Source: Candidatus Velamenicoccus archaeovorus (GTDB lineage: Bacteria > Omnitrophota > Gorgyraeia > Velamenicoccales > Velamenicoccaceae). Taken from it: DNA of 32,000 nt. The translations under genes and the position numbers were made by a program. Below are positions 30,036 through 32,000 of the stretch, one piece after another. Below the pieces are notes generated by a model. The model saw nothing but the letters and a program-made list of their open reading frames with translations, was not told the DNA's origin and searched no databases. The DNA is taken from assembly GCF_004102945.1 (NCBI RefSeq), contig NZ_CP019384.1:390001-422000 (forward strand), read 5' to 3'. Each line of letters starts with the position of its first letter. The first letter of the stretch is position 1.

Positions 30036-32000
30036 AACGTGGCGGCGCCTGCTTATTATTGTCGCCGGAGTTTTTCTTTTCTGGGCATCGGCAAGCGCTG
30101 TGCTGACAGCGATCCTCAATGCACAGCTTTCGGCCTTGAAACCGTTTTTCCGCTCCGAAGGATTGACCCTTGGTCATGGACGCGCCATTTTCAATCTTTT
30201 CTCGGGCGCTGTCATTAATAATTTCTACTGCGAGGACAGCGAGGGTTTTCTGTGGCGCATCAAGCGCCTGGGCATCGGCTTCGATGTTTCCTCCGTCCTG
30301 CGCGGCAAGGTCGAGATCAAAAATCTTGTTTTCGGGGAGAGTCGCATCGATCCCCGAAGGCTCTTTGCGCATGCGGACGACCTAGGCCGTATCACCGGCC
30401 GCCTGGACAGGAATGTCGGTTTTTTTGACACGACATATTTCGGATGCGATCGCCTCAGTCTTGGAGAGAGCGGAGCTGTTGCCATCCAAGGATATCTCTC
30501 CCGCCTTCCGGGAGGCCTTTATATCTCCAAGGGAGAGCTGACCCTTTTGTCCGTTGCTTTTTTGCAAAAGGTGGATCCGGCAGCCCTCAACGGAGGCATC
30601 GCCGAACCCCTGGATTATCTTCTGGATATACAGGTCAAGGACGGGACGGGGGAGATCCAGCGTTTCGAGATCAATAATGCACTCCTGCATTGTGCGGGTT
30701 CAGGCAAGATCAGCGGCGTCGGAACAGACGAGGCCGCCATAGACATGGCGCTCAATGCGCGCCGTCTTATCCTTGACGATCTGCCGGTCATCAACAGCAA
30801 GGATATGCAGACGCGCGGTACGGCGGAATTTACGCTTCATCTTGGCGGGCCCTTGAAACGGCCGGACATCCGCGCGACGCTGAAGATCGACAATGCCGAA
30901 CAGGAGGTTTTGGACGGTTTGTCCCTGCGCAAGGTGAACGGCACGGTCGTTTATGAGAAGGGCAGGATTTCTTCTTCCCGGATAGATTTTTTTCTTAATC
31001 AGGTCCCTTTTCAGGCAGATTTTTTGGTCGACACCAGCAGGACCCGGCCCCACATTTTTCTGGATTTGAGCTCTGTGCCGCAGGGTAAGGATTCCAGCGA
31101 TCTCGTCGTTAAGCTCGATGCGGATTGGACGCAGGACCTCCGCCTGCGGGGGGAGGCGGGCGGTTCCTGGCGCTATGTGTCCCAGGATCTTGTCCATCAT
31201 ATCGCCTTTGTCGTTAAGGGATTGGAGGCGGGGATCGACCGAGACCTGTCTTTTTCTTCGGACGATGTCCGTCTTTCTTTCGACGTCACATCCGGAAAAG
31301 ACAACAACACCAAAGATGTCTTCCATCGCACCTTCATATTGAAGGACGTCTCGGCCACCGGCAGGAAACAGAAAGAGGGATTCGCGCTGGAACCTTTGAA
31401 GGCCGCCTGTTACGGCGGGACGCTGGAAGGCCGGGTTTTCTTTTATTCGACAACGGCCGGAGCCTTTGGCGCCAATGCGGAAGGGCATGTCCGCGGCATG
31501 GACCTTCAGACTTTTGTCGAGCAGACACCGGAACAGACATCGCTTATCCTTGGCCGCCTGGACGGCGACCTGAAATTCGACACGGAGCTCAAAGATATGC
31601 TCAAGGGGCAGTTTTTTGTGACAAACGGCGTGATCGAACAGAATTCCCTTATGAATGCCGTTGCGGATTTTCTGGGTGTGCCTTCCTTGAAAAAGATCGC
31701 CTTTAAGGATTTGTCCGTTTTTTTTAGCGGCGGCCGCGGAGATTACTCCTCGAAGGTCTCCCTGACGTCGGATGATGTTTCAGCCCTTCTGGAGGGTGAT
31801 GTCACCAGTTACGACACGATGGATGGCTATCTTTCTGTTGTCATTTCCACGCGTCTTCTCAATGAATCGAAACAGTTCAGGAAGATGCTGGTTTACATCA
31901 AGCATGACCAGCCGTCTGTCTCTTTTCCGTTCAAGATTTCTTCTTATATCGAGAGTCCGCGCATCCTGTGGCTCAAAAATGAATTCAAGGAGAAACTCTC
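30004..32000 (+). CDS. AsmA/TamB-like large envelope protein (partial, runs off the window end; not in the ORF track)
   Basis: Manual translation from ATG 30004 is stop-free to nt 32000. It has an N-terminal TM anchor (WRRLLIIVAGVFLFWASASAVL) and a repetitive beta-rich body. The C-terminal-like segments (GRLDGDLKF...VTNGVI...SFPFKISSYIESPRI) are typical of AsmA-family proteins. Only antisense shadow ORFs are listed in the track here. Confidence 0.6.
   Translation, partial: MIKTSSNSRHKTWRRLLIIVAGVFLFWASASAVLTAILNAQLSALKPFFRSEGLTLGHGRAIFNLFSGAVINNFYCEDSEGFLWRIKRLGIGFDVSSVLRGKVEIKNLVFGESRIDPRRLFAHADDLGRITGRLDRNVGFFDTTYFGCDRLSLGESGAVAIQGYLSRLPGGLYISKGELTLLSVAFLQKVDPAALNGGIAEPLDYLLDIQVKDGTGEIQRFEINNALLHCAGSGKISGVGTDEAAIDMALNARRLILDDLPVINSKDMQTRGTAEFTLHLGGPLKRPDIRATLKIDNAEQEVLDGLSLRKVNGTVVYEKGRISSSRIDFFLNQVPFQADFLVDTSRTRPHIFLDLSSVPQGKDSSDLVVKLDADWTQDLRLRGEAGGSWRYVSQDLVHHIAFVVKGLEAGIDRDLSFSSDDVRLSFDVTSGKDNNTKDVFHRTFILKDVSATGRKQKEGFALEPLKAACYGGTLEGRVFFYSTTAGAFGANAEGHVRGMDLQTFVEQTPEQTSLILGRLDGDLKFDTELKDMLKGQFFVTNGVIEQNSLMNAVADFLGVPSLKKIAFKDLSVFFSGGRGDYSSKVSLTSDDVSALLEGDVTSYDTMDGYLSVVISTRLLNESKQFRKMLVYIKHDQPSVSFPFKISSYIESPRILWLKNEFKEKL

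Noticed and set aside
30700-31488. 262-aa minus-strand ORF (and neighbouring minus-strand ORFs at 29989-30690)
   Set aside because: They are antisense to the stop-free AsmA-like frame, which runs from 30004 to the window end.

Overview
This window is a gene-dense, mostly plus-strand chromosomal segment. It appears to come from a diderm, probably uncultivated bacterium, judging from the secretin, the BamD-like lipoprotein and the AsmA-like protein; that taxonomic reading is inference only. All calls rest on reading the translations and DNA by eye; no searches were run.

Gene content in order:
- Tail of trpC, then trpF.
- A visibly AT-richer insert-like stretch holding a MazG-like NTP pyrophosphohydrolase, a perfect 92-bp x2.7 tandem repeat with two hairpins per unit, a 48-aa ORF and an FkbM-type methyltransferase.
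- A compact type IV pilus or secretion-like module: a PilM-PilN fusion, a PilO/PilP-like protein and a secretin.
- An NSS (sodium:solute) transporter with a MetS-like micro-ORF, a DUF3568 lipoprotein, a four-helix-bundle (23S IVS/Avd-like) gene, a thermonuclease and an AEC transporter.
- smpB next to ssrA (tmRNA), a zinc-ribbon membrane protein and hemW.
- A lipoprotein, an orphan CheY-like receiver, nth, a PNPOx-like protein, a Cys-less redoxin-fold protein and a beta-CASP RNase.
- An ECF sigma / anti-sigma operon led by a secreted DPxK[FY]-repeat protein.
- A strong promoter followed by about 370 nt of structured non-coding sequence upstream of a DUF1318 gene.
- A PC4/YdbC-like ssDNA-binding protein, ttcA and a PAS-GGDEF-HD-GYP c-di-GMP enzyme.
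- A 1091-aa glycoside-phosphorylase-like protein, a TPR lipoprotein and a partial AsmA-like protein.

No rRNA, tRNA, CRISPR array, transposase or integrase was recognised.

The non-standard signals worth following up are:
- the tandem structured repeat at 1271-1517;
- the promoter-driven structured region at 21380-21787;
- several small repeat or hairpin families: an 81-bp palindromic element in two inverted copies, CCCGTTAGAG-type hairpins, and inverted repeats around a decayed four-helix-bundle gene;
- an atypical tmRNA tag frame;
- the ECF operon architecture.
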